From contig CBDFGO010000003.1 of assembly GCA_965247125.1 (NCBI GenBank), forward strand, positions 6,058-70,057: a stretch of 64,000 nucleotides of DNA. Reading direction: 5' to 3'. Both the position numbers and the translations under genes were made by a program. Under the pieces are notes generated by a model, which ran no database searches, was not told the origin of the DNA, and saw nothing but the letters and a program-made list of their open reading frames with translations. Every line of letters begins with the position of its first letter. Position 1 is the first letter of the stretch. Origin of the DNA: Rhodothermales bacterium. GTDB lineage: Bacteria > Bacteroidota > Rhodothermia > Rhodothermales > UBA10348. Shown in pieces: positions 16,799-26,860 of the stretch.

Positions 16799-18182
16799 GA
16801 GCTATGCCCAAAAGTTGTGTATGGAAGGTTTAGGCAGCGTGTCGTTCTGATGTAATTCCGTCGGTGAATTTGATTCCTTTTTTTACAAGTTGCAATAGGT
16901 GCGGTGCATTCAGTTTCCTCCACTTCTTCTGAGCCTCTTTACATAGACGGAAGGCCATTGCAAGAGCTGTTTCTCGGCTCAGACATCCCCTCGTTTTGGC
17001 GGTCCTGAGGCGCACGGTCGCGAACGTAGATTCGATCGGATTTGTGCTCCGAAGATGGATCCAGTGTTCTGCCGGAAAGTCATAAAAAGCGAGCAGTTCT
17101 TCTCGGTCTTTCACCAGAATCTCTGCTGCTTTCGGATACTTTTGCTGGTAGGCTTTGATGAAAAACAGAAGGGCGCTCTCTGCCTGCTTTTTTGTTTCTG
17201 CTGTATAGATCTGCGTGAGGTGACCTTTTGCCTTCTTCTGAACGGACTTGGGCAGGCGGTTGAGCACATTTGCTGTCTTGTGCACCCAACAGCGTGCGGC
17301 TCGCGTCTCGGGATAAACTTCTGCGAGAGCACTCCAGAATCCCATGGCTCCATCGGCAACAGCCAGCTTCGGTCCTTGATCCAGCCCGCGGTGCCTCAGC
17401 TCCAGGAGCAACTCTCGCCACGACTGCTTGCTCTCGCGAAAGCCGTCCTCGAGTGCTATAAGCTCCTTCCTTCCATCGGCCGTAGCGCCGATCACGACCA
17501 GCAGACACAGTTTCTGTTTATCCATGCGTACGTTTACGTGAATACCGTCGGCCCAGAAATAGACGTAGTGCTTCTCCTTCAGGCTCCGCTTTTGCCAGTC
17601 TTCGTGCTCCCTTGTCCAAAGCGTCTTCAGGCGCGCAATCGTCGAGGAGGTCAGCCCTGGGGCATCAGGACCAACAAGGGCCGAGAGCGCTGCCCCAAAG
17701 CCGCCCGTTGAAACTCCCTTCAGGTACAACCATGGAATGAGAGCCTCAAGCGAGCGGCTCTTGCGGAGGTAGGCTGGTAGTATCGAACTGCGGAAACCGA
17801 TTCTATCCTCACCCCGACCCGTACGGTCGCGTATGCGGGGCATCTTTACAGCGACCTCCCCGATACCAGTCAAAATCTTCCTCTCTGGCAGATATCCATT
17901 GCGAACGATGCGGTGGCGATTCTCTTCGTCGCGCAGGAACTGGTAGCGCTGGCAGAAAGCTTCAACCTCGGCCTCAACGGCTGTGGCCAGCATCTTTGCG
18001 GCCCCTGTTCGCAATACTTCTGTCAACACATCCTCTGTGCTATTGTAGTTCTCGTTCTCGTGTGCGTTATTCGTCTTCATGGGCGGTGTATCCTCCAATC
18101 TTCGGATTGACAATGACGTAATCATCATCAGGATACGCCGCCTATACCTTTTTCACCCGTACACAACTTTCGGGGTTAACTC
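16799..18182 (-). mobile_element. IS256-family IS, copy 2.
   Basis: Same 1384-bp element; the transposase carries an E-to-G substitution (GGFGAAL). No recognisable target duplication. Confidence 0.9.
16830..18128 (-). CDS. IS256-family transposase.
   Basis: 432 aa, identical apart from one substitution. Confidence 0.9.
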   Translation of the reverse strand: MMITSLSIRRLEDTPPMKTNNAHENENYNSTEDVLTEVLRTGAAKMLATAVEAEVEAFCQRYQFLRDEENRHRIVRNGYLPERKILTGIGEVAVKMPRIRDRTGRGEDRIGFRSSILPAYLRKSRSLEALIPWLYLKGVSTGGFGAALSALVGPDAPGLTSSTIARLKTLWTREHEDWQKRSLKEKHYVYFWADGIHVNVRMDKQKLCLLVVIGATADGRKELIALEDGFRESKQSWRELLLELRHRGLDQGPKLAVADGAMGFWSALAEVYPETRAARCWVHKTANVLNRLPKSVQKKAKGHLTQIYTAETKKQAESALLFFIKAYQQKYPKAAEILVKDREELLAFYDFPAEHWIHLRSTNPIESTFATVRLRTAKTRGCLSRETALAMAFRLCKEAQKKWRKLNAPHLLQLVKKGIKFTDGITSERHAA

Positions 18183-18189
18183 ATAAATG

Positions 18190-18553
18190 ACTTAATGTTT
18201 GCCCACGTGCAATAAACCACTTTCTTTCCTGCGAGCTCTGTAGGAAGAGAAATTTTGTCTTTATCGTCCGAGTGTATGTAGATGCCACGCAGACGAATGC
18301 CTTCTTCATTTGCACATTTCATTTCGAATTTTTAACCGCTTGCAGTGCGAGTCTTAGAACTAACCATAACAATAACGCCGTCACATCCTTTAATTCGTGT
18401 CCTGCATTTTTTCTTCCAGTCGGTACTCCAAGGCTGCTTTACAGACATATCGACAAATTCGAAAGGAGAATTTTCATTTCTTGCTTGTCCGCGTAGGTGA
18501 TCGCGGGCACTTTTGTCCGCCATTGCGAAACTAATAAATACTCGTTTTGCCAT
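18190..18553 (-). pseudogene. TIR-like (MTH538/DUF1863-like) small protein with an in-frame stop, clipped by IS256 copy 2.
   Basis: MAKRVFISFAMADKSARDHL...CDGVIVMVSSKT resembles the TIR-like flavodoxin-fold N-terminus. The frame continues after a TAA at 18332 (...NEEGIRLRGIYIH...) up to the IS end. Confidence 0.35.
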
Positions 18554-18695
18554 GATGATTTTTGATTAACCTCTTGTAATATTTGTATCTCAAATCTTAC
18601 CACAATATCGGTGACCGGTTCAACTCTTCTGTAGTGCCCGTGTACTATAGTCTTTCCTGGGATGAGCACCTTGATTACTAGCTCATCAATTACAC

Positions 18696-19157
18696 ATGCA
18701 CGAGCGCACACCTGAGCAAATCAGGGAGGCAAGGGAAACCTTAAAAAAGGAGTATCCCGAATTGTCTGATGAAGACATTGAAATAGTCGATCAATTTCTC
18801 CACAACTGGGCATCCATTATATACAGCATTGTCAAACGTCGGGGACCAGGTGCGAAGTATTTTCTTAATGGTTGGGAGGATCCTCAGCACATCATCACAG
18901 ATACCGAGTGGACTAAAATATCTCTCTTGCTCAGCAGCACGGAGGAAGTAGCCAAGTCAACAGGTCGTCCCAAAGCAGATTGCCGCAATGTCCTGGAGGG
19001 AATACTCTGGTATCTGAATACAGATAACTCACGTTGGGTAGACATGCCAGAACATTATCCACCACACAAGACATGTTATCGCTATTACAGTGAGTGGAAG
19101 AAAAGCGGTGTTCTCAGCAACATCCTCGAACTTCTTGATTCTGATACACGGCTATAG
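18696..19157 (+). CDS. IS5-family transposase N-terminal domain (DUF4096) protein. It is an orphan with no DDE domain downstream.
   Basis: ITDTEWTKISLLL...STGRPKADCRNVLEGILWYLNTDNSRWVDMPEHYPPHKTCYRYYSEWKKSGVL matches the DUF4096 pattern. Confidence 0.65.
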   Translation: MHERTPEQIREARETLKKEYPELSDEDIEIVDQFLHNWASIIYSIVKRRGPGAKYFLNGWEDPQHIITDTEWTKISLLLSSTEEVAKSTGRPKADCRNVLEGILWYLNTDNSRWVDMPEHYPPHKTCYRYYSEWKKSGVLSNILELLDSDTRL

Positions 19158-19289
19158 TTTTGGGGAATTGAGAGTATTGAGGAATGAGATTTTCTAGGTT
19201 TCCGTTCCTCAAAACTATTTTACACGACAAGAGCCCTCAATCGAGGGCTCTTGTGGGTGAATGGTGCCGGATCCGGCATGTAATGTGAC

Positions 19290-19420
19290 CCGTGTCGAGA
19301 CAGACCTCGAACTTTGAACGATGTTGTGGACGAGTTGGTTGAATACTTCCGTGCTGAAGAAGAGAAAAAGAGGCAGGGCAGGAAATAAAGCCCCTGAAGT
19401 CCCCAATGTCCTTAACTCAA
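19290..19420. repeat. About 130-bp conserved intergenic element, copy 1. Copy 2 is at 59270-59400.
   Basis: Shared core CCTCGAACTTTGAACGA(T/G)GTTGTGGACGA...GAAGAAGAGAA...GAAGTCCCCAA(T/C)GTCC. Both copies sit just downstream of a plus-strand gene. Confidence 0.6.
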
Positions 19421-19727
19421 CCGCCCTCTGATTCGGGGTAGAACCCGATGAGTTAGAAGAGTATTTCGGCTCAATCGATTCAAGCTTACACCAGAAACTT
19501 TTTTTAACCGACTCCGCCAGTCGTGCGAACCCTCAGCTTGGTCCCGAAAGAATCCTACTGACAAAAAATGGCACGATTGTACTAGATAATAGGGTTACTA
19601 GTCCTATGCATTTCAAAGCGAAGAATTCTAACATTAAAATTCCGGAGTGGTACTGCCAACCAAAGAAATTACTGGAAAGAAATTGCTGGTTTGAAACACC
19701 TCGTTTGGGAAAGGATCAACGATGCCT

Positions 19728-20997
19728 AGAAGTGGTCCTACAAAACTGGACAGGGTCCTAGGTGGAGTCTTGCGGGTTGATTATGCTGCTTCTTGAAGCG
19801 GCTGGTGATTGAAAAATACGTGATCCGGAGTTCGTCTTCCAAGCGAGCTGTGGCGCCGTTCTCCGTTGAAGTAGTCAAAGTAATCGGCGATTGAGCGACA
19901 CGCATCAGCCACACTTTCGTAGGCTTTCAAGTATACCTCCTCGTACTTCAGGCTTCTCCAGAGTCTCTCGATGAAGACATTGTCCATCCAGCGACCTTTT
20001 CCGTCCATTGAGATCTGAACGTCGTGTTTCTTGAGAACATCGGTAAAGGCCACGGATGTAAACTGGCTGCCCTGATCCGTATTGAAGATCTCTGGCGCTC
20101 CATACACGGCGATTGCTTCTTCGAGAGCTTCCACGCAGAAGTCGGTGTCCATCGTATTGGAGATCCGGCGTGAGAGTACTTTTCGGCTGTACCAGTCGAT
20201 GACGGCAACCAGGTAGAGAAAGCCCTTTTTCATCGGGATGAACGTAATGTCGCTTGCGTAAACCTGCCGGGGCCGCGTCACGTTGAGCTTACGCAAGAGA
20301 TACGGATAAATCTTGTGACCTTTTCCCGGAATCGAGGTCCGTTTCTTAGGATAAATGGCAATAAGGCCCATCAGACGCATTAATCGCCGGATTCGATGGC
20401 GGCCCACAAAAATACCTCTGTCCTCGAGCGCATCCTTCATGGTGCGCGATCCTCGCGTGGGCCGCTCAAGGTAGAGCTCATCGAGCGCTCTCATCACAAC
20501 CAGATTCTCCTCGCTTTCGCCCACCGGCTTGTAGTAGGCCGTCGAGCGGTTCAGCTCCAGCAGAATGCACTGCTGTTTGATGGAAAGATTATGGTTTCGG
20601 TCGATCATTTGGCGGCGCTCACCTACTGGGTGCGACCGAGCGCTTTGGATAAAAAATCCTTCTCCATCGAAAGCTCGCCAATCTTGGCGTGAAGCTCCTT
20701 GATCTGGCCCTCTTCATTGCGTTTTCCGGAATGCCCTTTTTCAACCACCTCTTCAGCGTCCTGAATCAGCTTCTTTTTCCACGTCTGAATCTGGTTCGGA
20801 TGAACCTGGAACTGGTCTGCCAACTCGGCCATCGTGCGGTCTCCCTTAACCGCCGCCAGTGCTACTTTTGCTTTGAAGGCATTGCTGTGATTTCTTCTTT
20901 TGCGACTCATCGTTTGTATCCTTTCTTGAGGGTGATAAGATCGCAAGATTCCACCTATAATCAGAGCCAGGCTGTCCAGTCAAACGGGACCATCTCT
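19728..20997 (-). mobile_element. IS3-family copy A3, a diverged variant with orfB about 93% identical at the amino-acid level.
   Basis: orfB spans 19781-20608 and orfA 20623-20946. Ends are AGAAGTGGTCC...GGACCATCTCT. Confidence 0.85.
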
Positions 20998-21046
20998 CCT
21001 CGCTGCGAATTGAAAGGACATAGTTTCAAACCAGCTGGTACACTAA

Positions 21047-21976
21047 ATGACTCCTATTCATACTCGATCAGTCCGTTCAATTTCGTTCCCCTTATTAGTC
21101 TGCTTGTCACTCGTTGGGCTGGTTTCATGCGATGCTTTTAAATCTACTGACAAGATCGATTTCAGGAACTTCGACGTCGTTGCCTCCGATGGATCCCACG
21201 TTCGTCTATTAAACACCTCAACAGGAAATCGTACAGATGTATCGTCTCTTGCATCTTCTGGAGTGGCTTGCGTGAGGTGGAGAAATGAAAGAGACTTGTT
21301 GCTTGCCCTTCAAGAGGAGGGTATCAATGCTCACATCTCCGAGGTCTCAATTTTCAGACTTTCAGATGAAGAGACTCTTTCAGAGTACGATCTCCCGACC
21401 ATCACCCAGATACCCGATCATTTTTTATTGGACGGGAACGATGTCGTTTACTACACGAAGAGGACTTCACAGACAAATGCGATTGTCAAATACGACCTGA
21501 TCACGTCTGAAAGCAGTACGATCGAGGTTAATGGCTATGTCAGCCACATAAGTCTTCATCCGGACACAAAGCGGCTTTTGGCCATCATTACGAGTGAAGC
21601 AGGGACCGAAGGTCAATATATAGACTTTCCACATCGGGCAATTTCTGGTGTTTTCAGTATCGAGGGGGTCGTCACCAGTGCTGTTCAGTACGAATCCCAT
21701 ATTGACGCAAGTATTCAAGGTGGCCGCGTTGCCAGAATTAATCTATCAACCAATGAGGTCACTACGCTTGTCTCTGCGTCAGCCTTAAATGAAATGGGCA
21801 TCGAAAATCTACGATTTCTTGGCGGCACATCTCTAGCAAATGTCAAACTGGCTGCCGCCCACATTGGAGGCTTAGAGAATCAAATCCTTGGCCTTTTCAA
21901 CACCGAGGGGCCCGAAATAACGTCACTGATTGAGGATTTCCAAGGTCGATGTGCCCACTTCAAAAATATTGAATAA
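21047..21976 (+). CDS. Secreted lipoprotein, possibly beta-propeller-like; function unknown.
   Basis: Signal peptide with LVSC lipobox. Low-GC segment. Confidence 0.4.
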   Translation: MTPIHTRSVRSISFPLLVCLSLVGLVSCDAFKSTDKIDFRNFDVVASDGSHVRLLNTSTGNRTDVSSLASSGVACVRWRNERDLLLALQEEGINAHISEVSIFRLSDEETLSEYDLPTITQIPDHFLLDGNDVVYYTKRTSQTNAIVKYDLITSESSTIEVNGYVSHISLHPDTKRLLAIITSEAGTEGQYIDFPHRAISGVFSIEGVVTSAVQYESHIDASIQGGRVARINLSTNEVTTLVSASALNEMGIENLRFLGGTSLANVKLAAAHIGGLENQILGLFNTEGPEITSLIEDFQGRCAHFKNIE

Positions 21977-21996
21977 CATTAATAGGCAGGTGAATT

Positions 21997-24014
21997 ATGT
22001 TTAAATCGTCTTTTCTGTCACTAGTTACAGTTTTTGCGCTGTGCTCGCATTACTCGTTCGCGCAGATCAGTCTGCAGGACGAATATTCGGCAGACGTTGA
22101 GTCTGCCATCGCAGACTTCATCATATCATCTGGCAGTAACTGGGTTGTTGAATGGAACACGGACTTTGACTGGCCCAGCTTGGTCTACCTCGGATCCACG
22201 ACACCGCTTCCTGAAAACACGGAAAAAGCTGCTCTGGAATACATAAAAAAACGTAGTAATTTCTTCAGAATACCAAACCAGGTTCCCAACAAGCTCACCT
22301 TGCAGAATAAAAGAACCTATAACGGTGTTACGCACTATCGATTTGAGCAGAATTTTTTCGGGATCCCAGTGGAGGATGCTTTTTTGGGAGTCCACGTTGC
22401 AGCAGACAGATCTATTGATATGATCAGCAATAGCTTGGTCCCTCTCACGCCTGGGCGCTCTGCACCTTCGCTTTCAGCCTCCGATGCAGCCTTCATTAGC
22501 AACCACTTCATTCCGAAGAAATTCGGTAAAGTAGAGGCCGAGGAGGCCCGGCTGCTATATACGGCTACCAGCGACGAGCCTGGCGTGTCGCTGGCATGGC
22601 ATTTTTCAAAAAATGATTTCGATGTTTGGGTCGATTCCGAGACCGGAGAAGTTTTGAGAAAGGGATACACTGCGAACTTTGCAATATATCCATCCGAATT
22701 CGAAACGGGGCCAACGCTTTCTCACACTTCGTCTGCTTCTTCCAAAGCAACGAGTAATCGGGACACGGCCTCTGGCTACACATATGCAGTCCACCCGAAT
22801 ACGTCTTCACTCTCGACAACCACACTAAATCGACTAGATGCTTTATATGAAATTACCGGACTTGTTGGAGAATGGGCCGACGTACTGTCGCAGATTGGAA
22901 CGCGGGCGCAGGTTGATGCCAATGATGACTTCATGTACGGCACCAGCGATGCGGAAGAACTCAGTCAGGTAAACATCTATTACCACATAGACAAGATCCG
23001 AGAGGAATTTGTGTCCGATGAGTTGGATTTCGACGATTTTGACGAGCAAATTGTATGGGCTAACGCCAATAATACCTTCGATGATGAAGAAGCGCCGAAT
23101 GCTAAGTATTCGACATCAAACGACAAGCTCTATTTCCAAAATGGACTGGTTATGGATCCTGCGGGGACTACTGACATTGGTCTTGAGGCCATTGTAATCT
23201 ATCATGAGTATATGCACCACGTTTTCCATGAGGTGAACTCGAAGCTGGCCGGGGGGTTTTACTTTGACCAATCTCGAGGGGTACAGGAGGGACTGGCGGA
23301 CTATTTCGCATACTACTTCTCAGGAGACGATGATATTTTGGATTATGCTTTCCCTTCTTACGAGCGAACGATCGACTCCGGTGGAAACAGTAGCGTTCAG
23401 ACCTGCATAAACGAGGGTACCGGGTATACTTGCGGGACAATGCTAACTACAACCTTGGATGCAATCGCCGATAACGTCAATGTGGATGAAGATCTGTTTA
23501 TTGAAATATTGTTCGGTGCTGCAAATCGCATTTCTACCCTCACGATGAAAAACGTGGCACAATCTCTGATTGCCGAGGACCGGGCCGTGAATCAGTCGCA
23601 CTACATAGCATTTGTCGAAGAGGAATTTGAAGCTATCGGTACGGGAGATGTTGATGGGCCGGATGATCTTGAAGTTCTGACGGACGGACTATTTTGCTTG
23701 GACGAGAACGAAATTGGATACTTCTCTACTTCAGTACTCGGCGGCAGGCCGCCATATTCGTATGATTGGCAGTTTTACCAAGATTGCGAAGGTAGTCCAG
23801 CATTGCCTTGTGATTCATGGACCTCAGTCGGAAGCCAGTCAACGCTGGACCTCTCGAATCATCAGGACTTCAGTTTGAAAGTTGAGGTCACGGATGACAA
23901 CGACGAAACCGATTGGTCAGGTATCCGAAATGTCCAGATTTCTTCATCCTGTAGCGCTCCTTACAATGGTGAAGGATCTACTCTCGACATCAGGCTGAAA
24001 CAGACTAGCGACAA
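21997..24014 (+). pseudogene. Secreted gluzincin (M4/M36-like HEXXH...E) zinc metalloprotease with a C-terminal PKD-like region, C-terminally truncated by IS256 copy 3.
   Basis: Signal peptide MFKSSFLSLVTVFALCSHYSFAQ. Zinc motifs IVIYHEYMHHVFHE and GVQEGLADYF. The ORF tail ...QKLCMEGLGSVSF is IS-encoded. Confidence 0.6.
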
Positions 24015-25398
24015 GAGCTATGCCCAAAAGTTGTGTATGGAAGGTTTAGGCAGCGTGTCGTTCTGATGTAATTCCGTCGGTGAATTTGATTCCTTTTTTT
24101 ACAAGTTGCAATAGGTGCGGTGCATTCAGTTTCCTCCACTTCTTCTGAGCCTCTTTACATAGACGGAAGGCCATTGCAAGAGCTGTTTCTCGGCTCAGAC
24201 ATCCCCTCGTTTTGGCGGTCCTGAGGCGCACGGTCGCGAACGTAGATTCGATCGGATTTGTGCTCCGAAGATGGATCCAGTGTTCTGCCGGAAAGTCATA
24301 AAAAGCGAGCAGTTCTTCTCGGTCTTTCACCAGAATCTCTGCTGCTTTCGGATACTTTTGCTGGTAGGCTTTGATGAAAAACAGAAGGGCGCTCTCTGCC
24401 TGCTTTTTTGTTTCTGCTGTATAGATCTGCGTGAGGTGACCTTTTGCCTTCTTCTGAACGGACTTGGGCAGGCGGTTGAGCACATTTGCTGTCTTGTGCA
24501 CCCAACAGCGTGCGGCTCGCGTCTCGGGATAAACTTCTGCGAGAGCACTCCAGAATCCCATGGCTCCATCGGCAACAGCCAGCTTCGGTCCTTGATCCAG
24601 CCCGCGGTGCCTCAGCTCCAGGAGCAACTCTCGCCACGACTGCTTGCTCTCGCGAAAGCCGTCCTCGAGTGCTATAAGCTCCTTCCTTCCATCGGCCGTA
24701 GCGCCGATCACGACCAGCAGACACAGTTTCTGTTTATCCATGCGTACGTTTACGTGAATACCGTCGGCCCAGAAATAGACGTAGTGCTTCTCCTTCAGGC
24801 TCCGCTTTTGCCAGTCTTCGTGCTCCCTTGTCCAAAGCGTCTTCAGGCGCGCAATCGTCGAGGAGGTCAGCCCTGGGGCATCAGGACCAACAAGGGCCGA
24901 GAGCGCTGCCTCAAAGCCGCCCGTTGAAACTCCCTTCAGGTACAACCATGGAATGAGAGCCTCAAGCGAGCGGCTCTTGCGGAGGTAGGCTGGTAGTATC
25001 GAACTGCGGAAACCGATTCTATCCTCACCCCGACCCGTACGGTCGCGTATGCGGGGCATCTTTACAGCGACCTCCCCGATACCAGTCAAAATCTTCCTCT
25101 CTGGCAGATATCCATTGCGAACGATGCGGTGGCGATTCTCTTCGTCGCGCAGGAACTGGTAGCGCTGGCAGAAAGCTTCAACCTCGGCCTCAACGGCTGT
25201 GGCCAGCATCTTTGCGGCCCCTGTTCGCAATACTTCTGTCAACACATCCTCTGTGCTATTGTAGTTCTCGTTCTCGTGTGCGTTATTCGTCTTCATGGGC
25301 GGTGTATCCTCCAATCTTCGGATTGACAATGACGTAATCATCATCAGGATACGCCGCCTATACCTTTTTCACCCGTACACAACTTTCGGGGTTAACTC
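24015..25398 (-). mobile_element. IS256-family IS, copy 3.
   Basis: Identical 1384-bp element with no target duplication. Confidence 0.9.
24046..25344 (-). CDS. IS256-family transposase.
   Basis: 432 aa. Confidence 0.9.
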   Translation of the reverse strand: MMITSLSIRRLEDTPPMKTNNAHENENYNSTEDVLTEVLRTGAAKMLATAVEAEVEAFCQRYQFLRDEENRHRIVRNGYLPERKILTGIGEVAVKMPRIRDRTGRGEDRIGFRSSILPAYLRKSRSLEALIPWLYLKGVSTGGFEAALSALVGPDAPGLTSSTIARLKTLWTREHEDWQKRSLKEKHYVYFWADGIHVNVRMDKQKLCLLVVIGATADGRKELIALEDGFRESKQSWRELLLELRHRGLDQGPKLAVADGAMGFWSALAEVYPETRAARCWVHKTANVLNRLPKSVQKKAKGHLTQIYTAETKKQAESALLFFIKAYQQKYPKAAEILVKDREELLAFYDFPAEHWIHLRSTNPIESTFATVRLRTAKTRGCLSRETALAMAFRLCKEAQKKWRKLNAPHLLQLVKKGIKFTDGITSERHAA

Positions 25399-26860
25399 AG
25401 GTCCCATCTCATCAGATCGTAGTACGTTTCTGTCGAGATACCCGTAAAGTATGGATCCCCCGTTGGGGTGTCTTTCTCATACCACTTATAGGTGCATTCG
25501 CTGCAACTGACTTCAGACGGATCATAGGTTGGATCGGAGTCAAGGTTAATATCCTCATGCCACTCTTTCTCGATGGTCGCCAGACCAAGATCGGTTAACA
25601 GGGTCTCGCCTGGTGGGTCTTTCTCTGGCTGTGACGCCACAAGACCGGCAGACGTACTCGCATTGTCATTCCATATTAAAATTACGTCTTCGTATCCCTC
25701 GCTTCCCATGTCATCATCATCTGAAAATTTGGCCCCGAATTCTGAGTAGTTGTTGACTCGGGTTGCACTAACGGACATTATCGTGCCTTCTGTTCTGGAA
25801 TTGTGAGTGATTCCATGAGCATGTGAGGGCCAGTCCCATGTCGATACTGTTTCGCTTGGGTTGTCTGGGTCGTAGCTGGGCCAGCCGTCCGTAAAAGTGT
25901 CGATATCGTGAACTGCGCCAATAAGGTGCCCAATTTCGTGAGAGACCGTTTTTCTGTGGTTTGCTCCAAATAGGTTTGCGACAGCGAATCCATCACCCGA
26001 TTGTTCTGCAAAGATCTCTTCAGCTAGACCGTATCCGTCACTTAAAGTGTCGTGAAGGGCAATTACAAGATCCGCACCAGAGGTGGTCCTGGCAGACGCA
26101 ACGCCGCCAAACGGAGAGGTGCCAGCCGTTAACTTATCTAAAAAGCTCTGCCTAGTAATTGATGCTGTATATGTCACTTCCATAGTGTGGACGACGTTCA
26201 GCTCGATAGTATCGTCCGACTCACCACTTCCCAGAGCTGTATTTATATTCGAAACATAGGTATCAATGTCGGCGACAATGGTACTTTGAGCCGATTTCGC
26301 CCCTGACGTATAGACAAACATAACGTCAATCTCCTCCACCGAAGGCAAGGTCGTAGCGCTACTTCCGGATCTTTGTACGCTATCAGAATTCTTTCCTCTC
26401 CCGCCACGATTTCCGGCCTGGGTTCTAAAGTCGTTAGCATCCCTGTCCGCCCCTAGAGTGCCTTGATTTATGATGAGGTGAATTCCATCGCCCAGCGGCG
26501 TGAAGCTCCACTCTTCATCATCGATTACGAGCGCACCCCGTACATCATTTCCTTCGACGGAAAGAGTGTTGACATGTCGAGAATCACCAACGTGGCCTTG
26601 CCAAATGATTTCTAACAGACCCTTTCGGGTGATACCACGTGTAATTATTTCCAAGGATTGTCCGTTTGGGAGAACAATATTCGACTTTGAGGCGATGAGG
26701 TTGGTGATTGGAGATTGAACCCTCACTAAACTACGCTCGGCCCCTTGTTCTCCCTTGATTCTGGCCATGAGCCTGCCTATTTGAAGGGGACCTAATTCCG
26801 ATATTCCGCCTCTAACGGGTACGAAGACGGAGGAGGCATCCTGTGCCATTGAAGGCAGCG
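25399..26860 (-). pseudogene. Internal fragment of a metzincin (HExxHxxGxxH) zinc metalloprotease gene, truncated at both ends by IS256 copies 3 and 4.
   Basis: SHEIGHLIGAVHD motif. Both the start and stop codons of the listed 493-aa ORF lie inside IS sequence. Confidence 0.6.

Noticed and set aside
19215-19406. Minus-strand ORFs of 63 and 89 aa inside the two copies of the 130-bp repeated element (the second at 59124-59393).
   Set aside because: They share only a 9-residue stretch; the flanks differ in sequence and length. Conservation is at the DNA level, pointing to a noncoding element.
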